DNA of 64,000 bases, from assembly GCA_964508155.1 (NCBI GenBank), contig CAZDRE010000006.1, positions 7,266 to 71,265 on the forward strand, written 5' to 3'. The notes beneath the pieces were generated by a model, which was not told where the DNA came from, ran no database searches, and saw only the letters and a list, made by a program, of their open reading frames with translations. The DNA is from an uncultured Candidatus Bathyarchaeia archaeon (GTDB taxonomy: Archaea; Thermoproteota; Bathyarchaeia; Bathyarchaeales; DTEX01). Shown here piece after piece: positions 9,830-18,666 of the stretch; position 1 is the first letter of the stretch, and every line of letters starts with the position of its first letter. A program made the position numbers and the translations under genes.

Positions 9830-11218
9830 ATGGATTCCGAATTAAAGATGAGATTGATATTCGCCAAGCCTAAGGACTATTGGCTCTCAGAGAAAGAGGT
9901 GGAGCGAGGCTACTGGGGATTCGTCAGATGCCGCGAGGATTATGAGCAGGAGAAGGCATCTGTGAAGCGGCAATTTAAAGAAATAATCCAAAGTTTAAGG
10001 GACGAGGGGATCAGTATAGGACTCCTGCCTGAAATCGAGATCCAGAATATGGATGATCTATTGAGGAGCATTGATGAAATAGAAAGATCAGATGTAAATG
10101 TGGTCTTGGTGACATTCCCCATAGGCTGGAGAAGTCTTGGAGACATTATATATGGGATCGTCGCAGCCTCTAAGTATGCCATATTTTTCGATAAGTTTAA
10201 GCCGAACACCTATGCCGGAACGCTGTTCACGCCTCCAGCCTACCAAATGCTAAAACAGCATGAACTCGCAAACAACGTATTCCTCGTTGAGGAGGATGTA
10301 GAGAAGCTAAAGGCAATTCTAAGAGCAATATACGGCTTAAAGAGGATCTCATCAGCCAAGCTCATCTGCGTTGGACCTATTAATCTCGCATTTGGAGGGT
10401 GGATGACGTTCAAGAAAGGAACGGAGATCTTCGGCTATGAAACTAGATTTTACACATACGAGGACTTCCTAAAGGACTTTAAGAGCTTCCTTGAAGATGA
10501 AAATAAGCGGAAAAAGGCAATGGAGATCGTTAATAGATTCACGTCTAAAGCCATAGAGGTTGTAGAGCCAACAGAGGAGAAGCTTCTAAGAGCAGGAATA
10601 TATTACATGGTTCTAAAGAAATATCTGGATGAGAATGGAGCTGACTGGATATCCGTGAACTGCCTAAGTGAACTGCTAGAGGAGGCTAAAGCCACTCCAT
10701 GCCTAGCATTCTCAATTCTTAGTGATTCAGGGATAGTAGCAACGTGCGAGGCCGACCCGACAGCTATGATCTTACATTACATTATGCAACGAATCTCGGG
10801 TAAACCAGCATTCTTTAATGATCCAACAGTAAACGAGAAGGATGGAACGCTTATCCTAGCGCATTGCACATCCCCAACAAAGCTTTTAGGATACGATAAG
10901 CCAGCATTCCCATACCAGATTAGAACACATCACGAAACAAATTACGGCGCCACTCCAAAACCGATCTTCAGCAAAGGAACGGTGACGATAGCAGGCCTCT
11001 CATTTGACTTAGATAAAATGCTAATAGTGAAGGGTGAGGTTGTTAGAACGCCAGATCTTAAGATATGTCGATCCCAAGTAGAAGTGAAAGTAAAGGATCC
11101 AACAAGTATACTCGAGGATTGGCAGGGCTTCCACTGGATCCTAATCTATGGAGATTACGTCAAGGAGTTACAGGCGATCTGCAAGATGAAGGGAATAGAG
11201 GCTATTGTCCATGAATGA
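9830..11218 (+). CDS. L-fucose/L-arabinose isomerase-like family protein (paralogue 1)
   Basis: 462-aa ORF. 'TPCLAFSILSDSGIVATCEADPTAMILHYIMQ' matches the FucI-family core, and the ORF is paralogous to 36133-37563. Confidence 0.6.
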   Translation: MDSELKMRLIFAKPKDYWLSEKEVERGYWGFVRCREDYEQEKASVKRQFKEIIQSLRDEGISIGLLPEIEIQNMDDLLRSIDEIERSDVNVVLVTFPIGWRSLGDIIYGIVAASKYAIFFDKFKPNTYAGTLFTPPAYQMLKQHELANNVFLVEEDVEKLKAILRAIYGLKRISSAKLICVGPINLAFGGWMTFKKGTEIFGYETRFYTYEDFLKDFKSFLEDENKRKKAMEIVNRFTSKAIEVVEPTEEKLLRAGIYYMVLKKYLDENGADWISVNCLSELLEEAKATPCLAFSILSDSGIVATCEADPTAMILHYIMQRISGKPAFFNDPTVNEKDGTLILAHCTSPTKLLGYDKPAFPYQIRTHHETNYGATPKPIFSKGTVTIAGLSFDLDKMLIVKGEVVRTPDLKICRSQVEVKVKDPTSILEDWQGFHWILIYGDYVKELQAICKMKGIEAIVHE

Positions 11219-11229
11219 ACATCGAGAAA

Positions 11230-12140
11230 TATATATTAATGGATATCTCCATCCGGTCTCAATCAATGCTAAGCAATTCTCTAATCTGCAATTTGTATAA
11301 CATGAATTGCTTAATGTGATAATACATCTTACTCCCCCGGAGACAACCCTTAAGCACTGCATTGTCTCCTTAATTATTTCCTCTCTGCCCTTAATAGCCA
11401 GATTATCAACCAAACATTAACTATTAGTAATAGGCGATCGCCATACTCCTGATTAACCATGCCCATATTCACTCCAGAGCTTCGATCAAAAGAGCGAATT
11501 CCATAGATATATTCGATATCAATAAGTCCCTTAACGAATGGAACGACAAATCCATCTGTCAGTAGTCTCCTCTATTACAAGCGCGAGCTCTAATGATCTT
11601 TCAAAATAAGAGCTGAAAACCTGCTTGGCATGGATTTTTCCCATGCCGGGTCAAAGTGTGACCTTTTGCTTTCCGCAACTAGCACCCGGCCAACCCTAAC
11701 TATATCTACAATATTCGTTCATCCTCGCGGGATTTAAAATGCTTCAGTGAAGCTCGATGCCCCGAGGTTTTTAGCCTATGACTGTTGGAGCGAAGGCGAA
11801 TTTGTAACCGTAGTTAACGTTAGTGGAGAGTATTTAACGGCAACCGTGAAAAACCAAGTTTAGGGGAGAAGCAACATAAGAGACGTTTAGCGCGGAGATG
11901 AATATCCGGAAACTCTACGAGCCTAAGGTTTGATGTGCCACCGCACATAGCTAAAGCATTATCCAAAGCGCGCAAGGACTTGCAAGCACACATTAAATGA
12001 TTTTCTAAATCCTCATAATACGTTATGCGATTCCTGCGAGACTTCCAAATCATATCTTTACTTTTAGCTCATCTGATGTGCCATTGATGGATTCATTTTA
12101 AAGATTTAAAAGGTCTTGCTGGTAGATCTTGCTTGGGTGA
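11230..12140 (-). pseudogene. possible decayed gene (coding-like fragments in several frames)
   Basis: This ~0.9-kb stretch has no ORF over 81 aa in an otherwise tightly packed window. Minus-strand fragments such as 'NIVDIVRVGRVLVAESKRSHFDPAWEK' and 'LLTDGFVVPFVKGLIDIEYIYGIRSF' are broken by stops or frame changes. The family was not recognised. Confidence 0.2.
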
Positions 12141-12144
12141 GTAG

Positions 12145-13110
12145 ATGGGGCTAGATGTCGTCACAATGGGGGAAGTCTTAGTTCAATTTAATGCGTGCAC
12201 GAATGGACCATTAAGGCATGTAGTTTACTTTGAAAAGCACGCTGCGGGGGCAGAGGCTAGCTTCGCGATTGGAATGAGTAGACTTGGATTTAAAGCAGGC
12301 TTCATCACAAGAGTAAGCAATGATGAGTTTGGAAAGTATATTCTCAGCGTCTTAAGAAGTGAAGGATTAGATGTTTCTAGAGTTAAAGTAGATCCGGAAG
12401 CCCCTAACGGCATATACTTCATACAGAGGAATTATCCAATACCGGGGAGGAGCAGCGTTATATATTATAGGCGTGGATCAGCGGCCAGTCGAATTTCAAT
12501 AGATGATATTGATCCCGACTATATTAGAGAGGCAAAACTGTTCCATTTAACTGGAATTACTCCGGCTTTAAGCAAGAGTTGCAGAGATGCCAGTTTTAAG
12601 GCACTCGATATCGCTCATAGATCAGGCGTTAAGATTTCAATAGACACGAATATAAGGCTTAGATTGTGGAGTGGAGAAGAGGCGAAAAGAACCCTAATTC
12701 CAATGCTTAAAAAGGCTGATATTGTGCTCACAGAACGTGAGGATGCAGAGATCCTATTTGGAAAGAAGGAGCCTGACGAGATCGCTGAGGAGGTACTATC
12801 AATGGGAGCTGAAGTCGTAGCGGTTAAATTAGGCGCGGAGGGAGCCGTAGCATACACCAGAAAAGAGAAGGCTAGAAAGCCCGCATATAAAGTTCCAATC
12901 GTCGACGTTATTGGTGCTGGAGATGCCTTTGCGGCTGGATTCATAGCATGCCTGATGAATGGAAAATCGTTACAGGAAGCCCTTGAGGTCGGAAATGCGG
13001 CAGGGGCTCTCGTCGTAACCGTTAGGGGAGACTATGAAAATATGCCTTCATGGGAGGATATTGAGAAGTTCTTAGCGGCTCAAAGAAAAGAAACCGTGAT
13101 ATTAAGGTAG
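12145..13110 (+). CDS. PfkB-family sugar kinase, 2-keto-3-deoxygluconate kinase-like
   Basis: 321-aa ORF with an N-terminal 'GE.LV' region and the PfkB signature 'DVIGAGDAFAAGF'. Confidence 0.8.
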   Translation: MGLDVVTMGEVLVQFNACTNGPLRHVVYFEKHAAGAEASFAIGMSRLGFKAGFITRVSNDEFGKYILSVLRSEGLDVSRVKVDPEAPNGIYFIQRNYPIPGRSSVIYYRRGSAASRISIDDIDPDYIREAKLFHLTGITPALSKSCRDASFKALDIAHRSGVKISIDTNIRLRLWSGEEAKRTLIPMLKKADIVLTEREDAEILFGKKEPDEIAEEVLSMGAEVVAVKLGAEGAVAYTRKEKARKPAYKVPIVDVIGAGDAFAAGFIACLMNGKSLQEALEVGNAAGALVVTVRGDYENMPSWEDIEKFLAAQRKETVILR

Positions 13111-13462
13111 AATTCAATTATGTTCGGCAGTATATTTTTATTGAGGGTTGTCCCTATCATGTTCCAATTCCGTGAATTTGCTCAAAGCGAATCGAGAAAA
13201 TGAAAATTAAGAGGATCAAATTGTAGTCTGATTTTGGGAATATTGCTTCTTTCCACTTTTCCAATAATTTAGGCGCATAGGCCTACGAAGGCAATTTATC
13301 ACTTAGATGTAATCGATTTGAGGGGTAAGATTACAAAACAATAGAAGAGGATCACATTATATGTCTTGTGGGAAAGCAGGCAAATTTGGGAATCCCTCTG
13401 TGGAATGGCTCAAATACTATGAATTTAAGGGCTGGATAAATTATGGAGAGATCTCCATCGAA

Positions 13463-14002
13463 TCAGCCTTTAAGATCAAGCATCGTCAAAACAAAGTTTT
13501 GATTAAGCTCTCTTTTTATCTCAAAGCCATTCTTTAAGTAAAATTCAAGGGGTCCTGAAGGATTATTCGCCGAGTCTCTTCTGGCAATAGTTTCAATTCT
13601 GCTGAATCCCCGGGCTTTCAAATCGAATATTATGCTCTTAAGGAGCCTTGAGCCCAACCCGATTCCGCGATATTCGGCTTTGCAGATGAATAGGCATGAG
13701 AGGAAGAGCACATCGCCCTCGCCTCGATGGTCGCCGTATGCTCTTATTTGGGGAAGCATGTGATATGGCGCAAATTGGGCATAGCCAGATGGAACCTCAT
13801 CTATATATAGGATCTTTCCGCAGACGCCAAACTCACTTAGTGCTTTGATGAACCAGTTTTTCTTGTGAAAGAAGGCTTTAGCACCGCTTACTTTACCAAA
13901 AAGATTGGGGAACTCCCAATATATGCAACTTCTACATGGAGAAGGTATATCATCTAAGTTTCGCATCGAAATATCAACAATTTGAACATTCATAAAGACC
14001 AC
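13463..14002 (-). CDS. GNAT-family N-acetyltransferase
   Basis: 179-aa ORF with the acetyl-CoA-binding motif 'YRGIGLGSRLLKSII' and an N-terminal 'CRSC' motif. Confidence 0.7.
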   Translation of the reverse strand: MVFMNVQIVDISMRNLDDIPSPCRSCIYWEFPNLFGKVSGAKAFFHKKNWFIKALSEFGVCGKILYIDEVPSGYAQFAPYHMLPQIRAYGDHRGEGDVLFLSCLFICKAEYRGIGLGSRLLKSIIFDLKARGFSRIETIARRDSANNPSGPLEFYLKNGFEIKRELNQNFVLTMLDLKG

Positions 14003-14227
14003 TACAGTTTATGCGTGAATCTTATTTTTAACTCTAACTTTCATTTTCAAGAGAATCGGTTTAGAAGCACAATTAAACAATGTTATCCGGCTTTTATTGA
14101 AGATTCTCTGCGAATAGATAGTCGACCATAAAGGTTTAGTGTATCATCTATTTTGGTGTAATCTTGCATCATTGAACTGAATAATTTAGAGGCTACTATT
14201 AATAATTGCATGATAGCTTAAAATGGA

Positions 14228-14773
14228 ATGATGAAGATGTGGAGGTTTAAGTTGAAAGATGGCCGCGAGGTAATCGTCAGACCCTTAACGGTGGGGGATA
14301 AAGATGGGCTTTTCCAAATGTTTTCGTCGATGTCTGATGAGGCCCTTAAATGGAGCATGGCTCCATACACGATGGAAGTTATCGAGAGATGGATCAGCAA
14401 CATAAAGAATTTAATAGCGCTCGTTGCGAAGTGGAATAATAAAATAGTCGGTTATGCGATGATCTACAAGTTTCCGCATCCGCGACGAAAGGGAGTCGGC
14501 GACTTAGCCATCTATGTGCACCAAGACTTCCACAATGTTGGATTAGGAACGGCGATGATGAAGAAGCTCCTCCAGCTCGCCCAAAAAGAAGGTATGCACA
14601 AAATAGAGCTATATGTCGTGGAAGATAATAAAGTCGCGATTCATCTCTACAAAAAATTCGGCTTCGAAATCGAAGGGGTAAGTAAAGACTCATTCTTTGG
14701 AAGTGACGGCAAATATCATAACATGATAAAAATGGGATTGCTATTGAACTCTGCGAGGCCATCTATCGCTTAA
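14228..14773 (+). CDS. GNAT-family N-acetyltransferase
   Basis: 181-aa ORF with 'HNVGLGTAMMKKLLQLAQKEGMHKIELYVVEDNKVAIHLYKKFGFEIEG', the GNAT motifs A/B. Confidence 0.8.
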   Translation: MMKMWRFKLKDGREVIVRPLTVGDKDGLFQMFSSMSDEALKWSMAPYTMEVIERWISNIKNLIALVAKWNNKIVGYAMIYKFPHPRRKGVGDLAIYVHQDFHNVGLGTAMMKKLLQLAQKEGMHKIELYVVEDNKVAIHLYKKFGFEIEGVSKDSFFGSDGKYHNMIKMGLLLNSARPSIA

Positions 14774-14995
14774 CTATTAAAATTGAGGATTAAATTAACC
14801 TTAAGGGTTTGCGCTGGGAATAGATACACGTTCTCGTTTAAATTTCTCGGAAAAAGCAAATTTTAAGCATTTTCTTGGCAAGACTAGGTAAAGGAATAGA
14901 CTAAAAGACGCTGGATTCTTAAAGTAGAAAATTTGTTTAAAAAATAAGCAAAAAGAATATCAATAAAGCCATATTGCATATAATCTTGATGTAAA

Positions 14996-15450
14996 ATGGT
15001 TAAGACTAAAATAGCATTCGCCTCAGAAGAGAATGTCGGCTTAGACAGCAGATTGCCTCACCGCTTTGGAAGATGCCCGCACTATGTTTTTGTCGAGATT
15101 GAAGATGGAGAAATCAAAAACGTAGAAGTCAAGGAGAATCCATATTTCACCAGCCACATGCCCAAAGCAATTCCACAGTTCATTGCAGATGAAAGAGCAA
15201 AAGTGATAATCGCTGGAGGAATGGGTCCAAGAGCAATAGATTGGTTCAGGAGACTAGGCATTCAACCCGTCACCGAGTTTCAGGCATAATCAGAGACATA
15301 CTTAATGATTATTTAGTTGGGGAGATCCAGTTAGGAGCGAAACCCTGCGGAGAGAAATTGGATATAAAATCTGAAAGAAGCTGGAAAAAACAATTTGTTC
15401 ATAAATGCTGGGTTGCTTATGCAGGGAGACATGCATCTTCGTTATCCTAA
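14996..15450 (+). pseudogene. NifB/NifX-family (dinitrogenase FeMo-cofactor-binding fold) small protein, interrupted by a 1-nt frameshift
   Basis: Frame A (14996-15289) reads 'FGRCPHYVFVEIEDGEIKNVEVKENPY...GMGPRAIDWFRRLGIQPVTEFQA*'. The family's C-terminal part 'SGIIRDILNDYLVGEI' continues in the +1 frame (ORF 15241-15450). One extra T in the run at gagTTTcagg (~15277-15279) would fuse the two. Confidence 0.55.
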
Positions 15451-17362
15451 ACTTTTCAGTTATGGACGTATCGGAAACCTCGAGGTTAAGAATAGGATAG
15501 TTTTTGCGCCGATCTCAACTAACTTAGCAAGCGTTACAGGCGAAGTCACTAAGAGACTTATAGAGCATTATCATCGAATCGCTCAAGGCGGAGCTGGACT
15601 GATAATAGTTGAAAACGCATGCGTACACTTCCCCGAAGGCAGACACGGCGCCACACAGCCCAGAATAGACTCAGACGAGTTTATGCCCGGCCTTTATCAT
15701 CTTGCTCAAGCGATACATCAGGCTGGAGCGAAAGCCTGCATAGAATTGACGCATCCCGGCGGAGCCGCGGACCCTAAAATAACTAAGACAAAGCCGATAG
15801 CTCCTTCATCTGTGCCTATGAGAGCTGATGGAACTGTTCCAAGAGAGCTAACAAAAGATGAAATAGAAGAATTAGCATGCATCTTTGGAGAAGCAGCTCT
15901 GAGAGCCAGAAAGGCATCATTTGACATGGTTGAGATTCAAGCAGGACATGGACTATTAATCAACCAGTTTCTCTCTCCTCTTACAAACAAGAGGAAAGAC
16001 GAGTATGGAGGTAGCCTAGACGGAAGACTTCAATTTCCAAAGATGATTATCGAGAAGGTGAAAGAATACGCTGGGAGAGACTTTCCAGTCAGTGTAAGAC
16101 TTGGCGTTGAAGAGTTCACAGAAGGTGGAATAAGGATTTCAGAGGGCAAGATCATAGCTAAGAGGCTCAGCGAAGCTGGAGCAGACGCGATCCATGTAAC
16201 TCTGGGGAAGACCGATAGGGAGAAGCGTCTTGAGCCTATGCCTTATCCTCAGGGATGGCGGACCTATCTTGCTGAAGAAGTGAAAAGGGAGGTAGATGTC
16301 CCAGTCGTAACTGTAGGCGTCATTAGGGAGCCGTGGTTTGCTGAGAAAATTTTAGAGGAGGGGAAGGCAGACTATGTTGCTCTTGGCAGAGCTCTTATTG
16401 CAGATCCTGAATGGCCCTTGAAGGCGATGAAGGGAGAGGAGAAATCTATTAGAAGATGCATCTCATGCAACGAATGCGTCATGGCTAGGCATTATGAAGG
16501 GCTTCCAATCAGGTGCTCCCTTAATCCAACTGTAGGTCTTGATCGAATGCTCAGCAAGATTGAGAAAACAGAGATTAGAAAGAGAATCATGATTATTGGA
16601 GGGGGGCCAGCGGGAATGGAGGCCGCTAGAATATGCGCCTTGAGAGGACATGAGGTCCACTTATATGAAAGGGAGGTAGAGCTGGGTGGAGCTTTAAATA
16701 TGGCCTCCAAAATCCCCGGAAAAGAGAAGCTCAAATGGATTGTTGAATATTATCTTCATGAACTCTCAAGGTTAGGTGTGCATGTAAGGCTTGGGCGACC
16801 TGCGGGGAAAAGAGAAGCTGAAGAATTGAAGCCGGACGTTATCATACTTGCCGCTGGAGCTGAACCTGTCATTCCAGATATACCGGGCGTAAAAAATTCA
16901 AACGTCGTCTCTGCTCAGGATGTTCTTAAAGGGAAAGTCATAATGAAGAATCGAAGGGTAGTAGTTATAGGCGGCGGCTTAATAGGATTGGAGACCGCGT
17001 GGTACTTAGCATCTAAAGAAAATGACGTTACAGTTCTGAAAAGGTATGAGACAATTTCCAAAAGCATTGAGCCTCTATATGCCTCTTATCTACTTTCCGA
17101 ACTTGAAAGACATAAAGTCAAAATCATCTTTAAGGTTAAAGTAAAAGCGATCAAACCAGACAGTGTTATTGCAGAGAATACGGAAGGGGAAAGCATCAAT
17201 GTCCCTGCGGACTGGGTCGTCTTGGCACGGGAATTGAAGCCTTCATCAGCAATCATTAAGGAGCTAGAAGGATACGAGGTTCATGTGATTGGAGACTGTT
17301 TGAAGCCTAGAAGAATATACAATGCTATTTCAGAAGGATTCGCAACCGCACAGAGAATATAA
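15395..17362 (+). CDS. OYE-type FMN oxidoreductase fused to FAD/NAD(P)-binding domain (2,4-dienoyl-CoA reductase / NADH oxidase-like)
   Basis: 655-aa ORF with the OYE barrel motif 'VEIQAGHGLLINQFLSP' and the 4Fe-4S motif 'CISCNECV...C'. It has Rossmann motifs 'IIGGGPAGMEAA' and 'VIGGGLIGLE'. The likely true start is ATG 15419 or 15431. Confidence 0.85.
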   Translation: MFINAGLLMQGDMHLRYPKLFSYGRIGNLEVKNRIVFAPISTNLASVTGEVTKRLIEHYHRIAQGGAGLIIVENACVHFPEGRHGATQPRIDSDEFMPGLYHLAQAIHQAGAKACIELTHPGGAADPKITKTKPIAPSSVPMRADGTVPRELTKDEIEELACIFGEAALRARKASFDMVEIQAGHGLLINQFLSPLTNKRKDEYGGSLDGRLQFPKMIIEKVKEYAGRDFPVSVRLGVEEFTEGGIRISEGKIIAKRLSEAGADAIHVTLGKTDREKRLEPMPYPQGWRTYLAEEVKREVDVPVVTVGVIREPWFAEKILEEGKADYVALGRALIADPEWPLKAMKGEEKSIRRCISCNECVMARHYEGLPIRCSLNPTVGLDRMLSKIEKTEIRKRIMIIGGGPAGMEAARICALRGHEVHLYEREVELGGALNMASKIPGKEKLKWIVEYYLHELSRLGVHVRLGRPAGKREAEELKPDVIILAAGAEPVIPDIPGVKNSNVVSAQDVLKGKVIMKNRRVVVIGGGLIGLETAWYLASKENDVTVLKRYETISKSIEPLYASYLLSELERHKVKIIFKVKVKAIKPDSVIAENTEGESINVPADWVVLARELKPSSAIIKELEGYEVHVIGDCLKPRRIYNAISEGFATAQRI

Positions 17363-17419
17363 AACACTTCATATATTTACATTTTTTATTTTCGTATTGA
17401 TTTGATCTTTGGGTAAGAG

Positions 17420-17975
17420 ATGAAAATGAGGAAGTTATCGATCGTTACTATTGTTAAGGTTTCTGACGCTGAAAACGAAAACGATGTTTAAGTTTTGAGA
17501 TAAAGGAGGTTTTGCCTCGCTTCACAACGCCGGGATACATTAGACTCACAGCTCAAGCGGACAAAGAAATAGGAGAGGTCATTCCAGTTATCTTTCTGAG
17601 TTATCCCCTAGGAAAGTTAATTATTCACCAAGGGAGAACAGCTTAACCTTACATATTTATAACCGTCTCATCACGCTTTTTGCGGATGACTTGGGAAGGA
17701 TCCAAATGAATGTCTAGATGAGATAGAAAAGAAGCAGATTCTTTAGCATTGGTCAATGAGAATAGATTAGAATCCTGAAGATTTTAATGGTACAAGAGAT
17801 GTGTGTATGCGAGTTGATGATAGCACTAAATCTCAAACAACCTACCGTTTCTCATCACTTGGGGAAGCTAAAAAGAGAAGACATAATTAAGAAGAGAAAA
17901 GAGGGAAAATGGACCTACTATTCAATCGCCAATCGAAAGATTATAGAATTGATGGCCAAATTGTCATCGTTATGA
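17420..17975 (+). pseudogene. degraded regulator: unknown N-terminal domain + ArsR-type wHTH, at least 3-4 frame disruptions
   Basis: The intact 62-aa ORF (17787-17975) has only the ArsR core 'VCELMIALNLKQPTVSHHLGKLKREDIIKKRKEGKWTYYSI'. The expected upstream helix 'ALVNENRL|RILKIL' is split between frames at 17761-17786. Further upstream fragments 'MKMRKLSIVTIVKVSDAENENDV*', 'SFEIKEVLPRFTTPGYIRLTAQADKEIGEVIPVIFLSYPLGKLIIHQG..*' and 'SLTLHIYNRLITLFADDLGR' lie in alternating frames. Confidence 0.5.
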
Positions 17976-18030
17976 GTTAGTGGATATCAAAAATAAAGAT
18001 AAAGAGAATTTTAGCTAAAAAGGTATGAAA

Positions 18031-18054
18031 TTAAACCAAAACAATACGAAAAAT
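18031..18054 (-). terminator. oligo-T terminator-like tract after tRNA-Ser
   Basis: Immediately 3' of the encoded CCA, the minus strand reads ATTTTTCGTATTGTTTTGGTTT. Archaeal RNAP terminates at oligo-T runs. Confidence 0.4.
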
Positions 18055-18161
18055 TGGCGCCGGGGATGGGATTCGAACCCATGAGGCCCGCAAGGGCCAC
18101 TGGATCTCGAGTCCAGCGCATTTCCACTCTGCCACCCCTTATTGGGCCTTATCGGCCTGGC
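18055..18161 (-). tRNA. tRNA-Ser(CGA): tRNA-Ser (anticodon CGA) with a 20-nt non-canonical BHB intron between positions 3 and 4; CCA encoded
   Basis: The reverse complement reads GCC|aggccgataaggcccaataa|GGGGTGGCAGAGTGGAAATGCGCTGGACTCGAGATCCAGTGGCCCTTGCGGGCCTCATGGGTTCGAATCCCATCCCCGGCGCCA. The T-arm is ATGGG/TTCGAAT/CCCAT. The anticodon arm is CTGGA/CTCGAGA/TCCAG. A long variable arm marks it as class II. The acceptor stem GCCGGGG/CCCCGGC forms only after removing 18139-18158. Confidence 0.8.
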
Positions 18162-18274
18162 AACGGTTTTCTCCCGGCAAGATCTTTACATGATCTTCTT
18201 TCGTAAAAATATTTTGATGTTTTACCAAAAGATATTTTTTGGCTTTTGAGTATTTTGATTTGGGGTTGTTGCGT

Positions 18275-18481
18275 ATGCCCTATTGCCCTGAATGTGGAGG
18301 AGAGATGCGTTATATAAGTTCTGTTAGGCGTTACGTCTGCGAGAGTTGCGGTTTGATGCTTACTCATCAGGAGCTTCTGGAGATGCGTGAGCGTTTAAGG
18401 AACAGAATTGACTCTGAGGAGGATGAGAAAAAGAGATATCAAAAGGAATATCTCAAATGGTGGCTTTCAAAGAAGAAGTGA
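18275..18481 (+). CDS. small zinc-ribbon protein with basic/acidic helical tail
   Basis: 'MPYCPECGGEMRYISSVRRYVCESCG' is a CxxC...CxxC ribbon. The ORF track starts at TTG 18239, but ATG 18275 is the more plausible start. Confidence 0.5.
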   Translation: MPYCPECGGEMRYISSVRRYVCESCGLMLTHQELLEMRERLRNRIDSEEDEKKRYQKEYLKWWLSKKK

Positions 18482-18666
18482 AATACGCTCATAATTTCTC
18501 CTAATGAATTCTCGGCTATTCCGCAGAATCTCAATGTTGAGGATTGAGGTTCAATCGAACCTCTTCTGGGATCAACCTTAACTTTAGCAATAATTTTAAG
18601 TTTAAGGGCATTTCATATTTGACGATGAATTAGGATCGCGATGACGGGAAGGTTCAAGGTGATCTT

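Noticed and set aside
13111-13462. A 350-bp intergenic gap with a 56-codon ORF starting at ATG 13361.
   Set aside because: The ORF runs antisense into the GNAT gene 3' end and has no RBS or promoter signal or motif. No RNA structure is evident.
15241-15450. A 69-aa ORF listed as a separate gene.
   Set aside because: It is re-interpreted as the frameshifted C-terminal part of the NifX-like gene (14996-15289). Its tail overlaps the reductase start and is probably not translated.
18149-18367. A 72-aa minus-strand ORF.
   Set aside because: It overlaps the tRNA-Ser 5' end and leader and lies antisense to the zinc-ribbon gene. Its composition is not protein-like.
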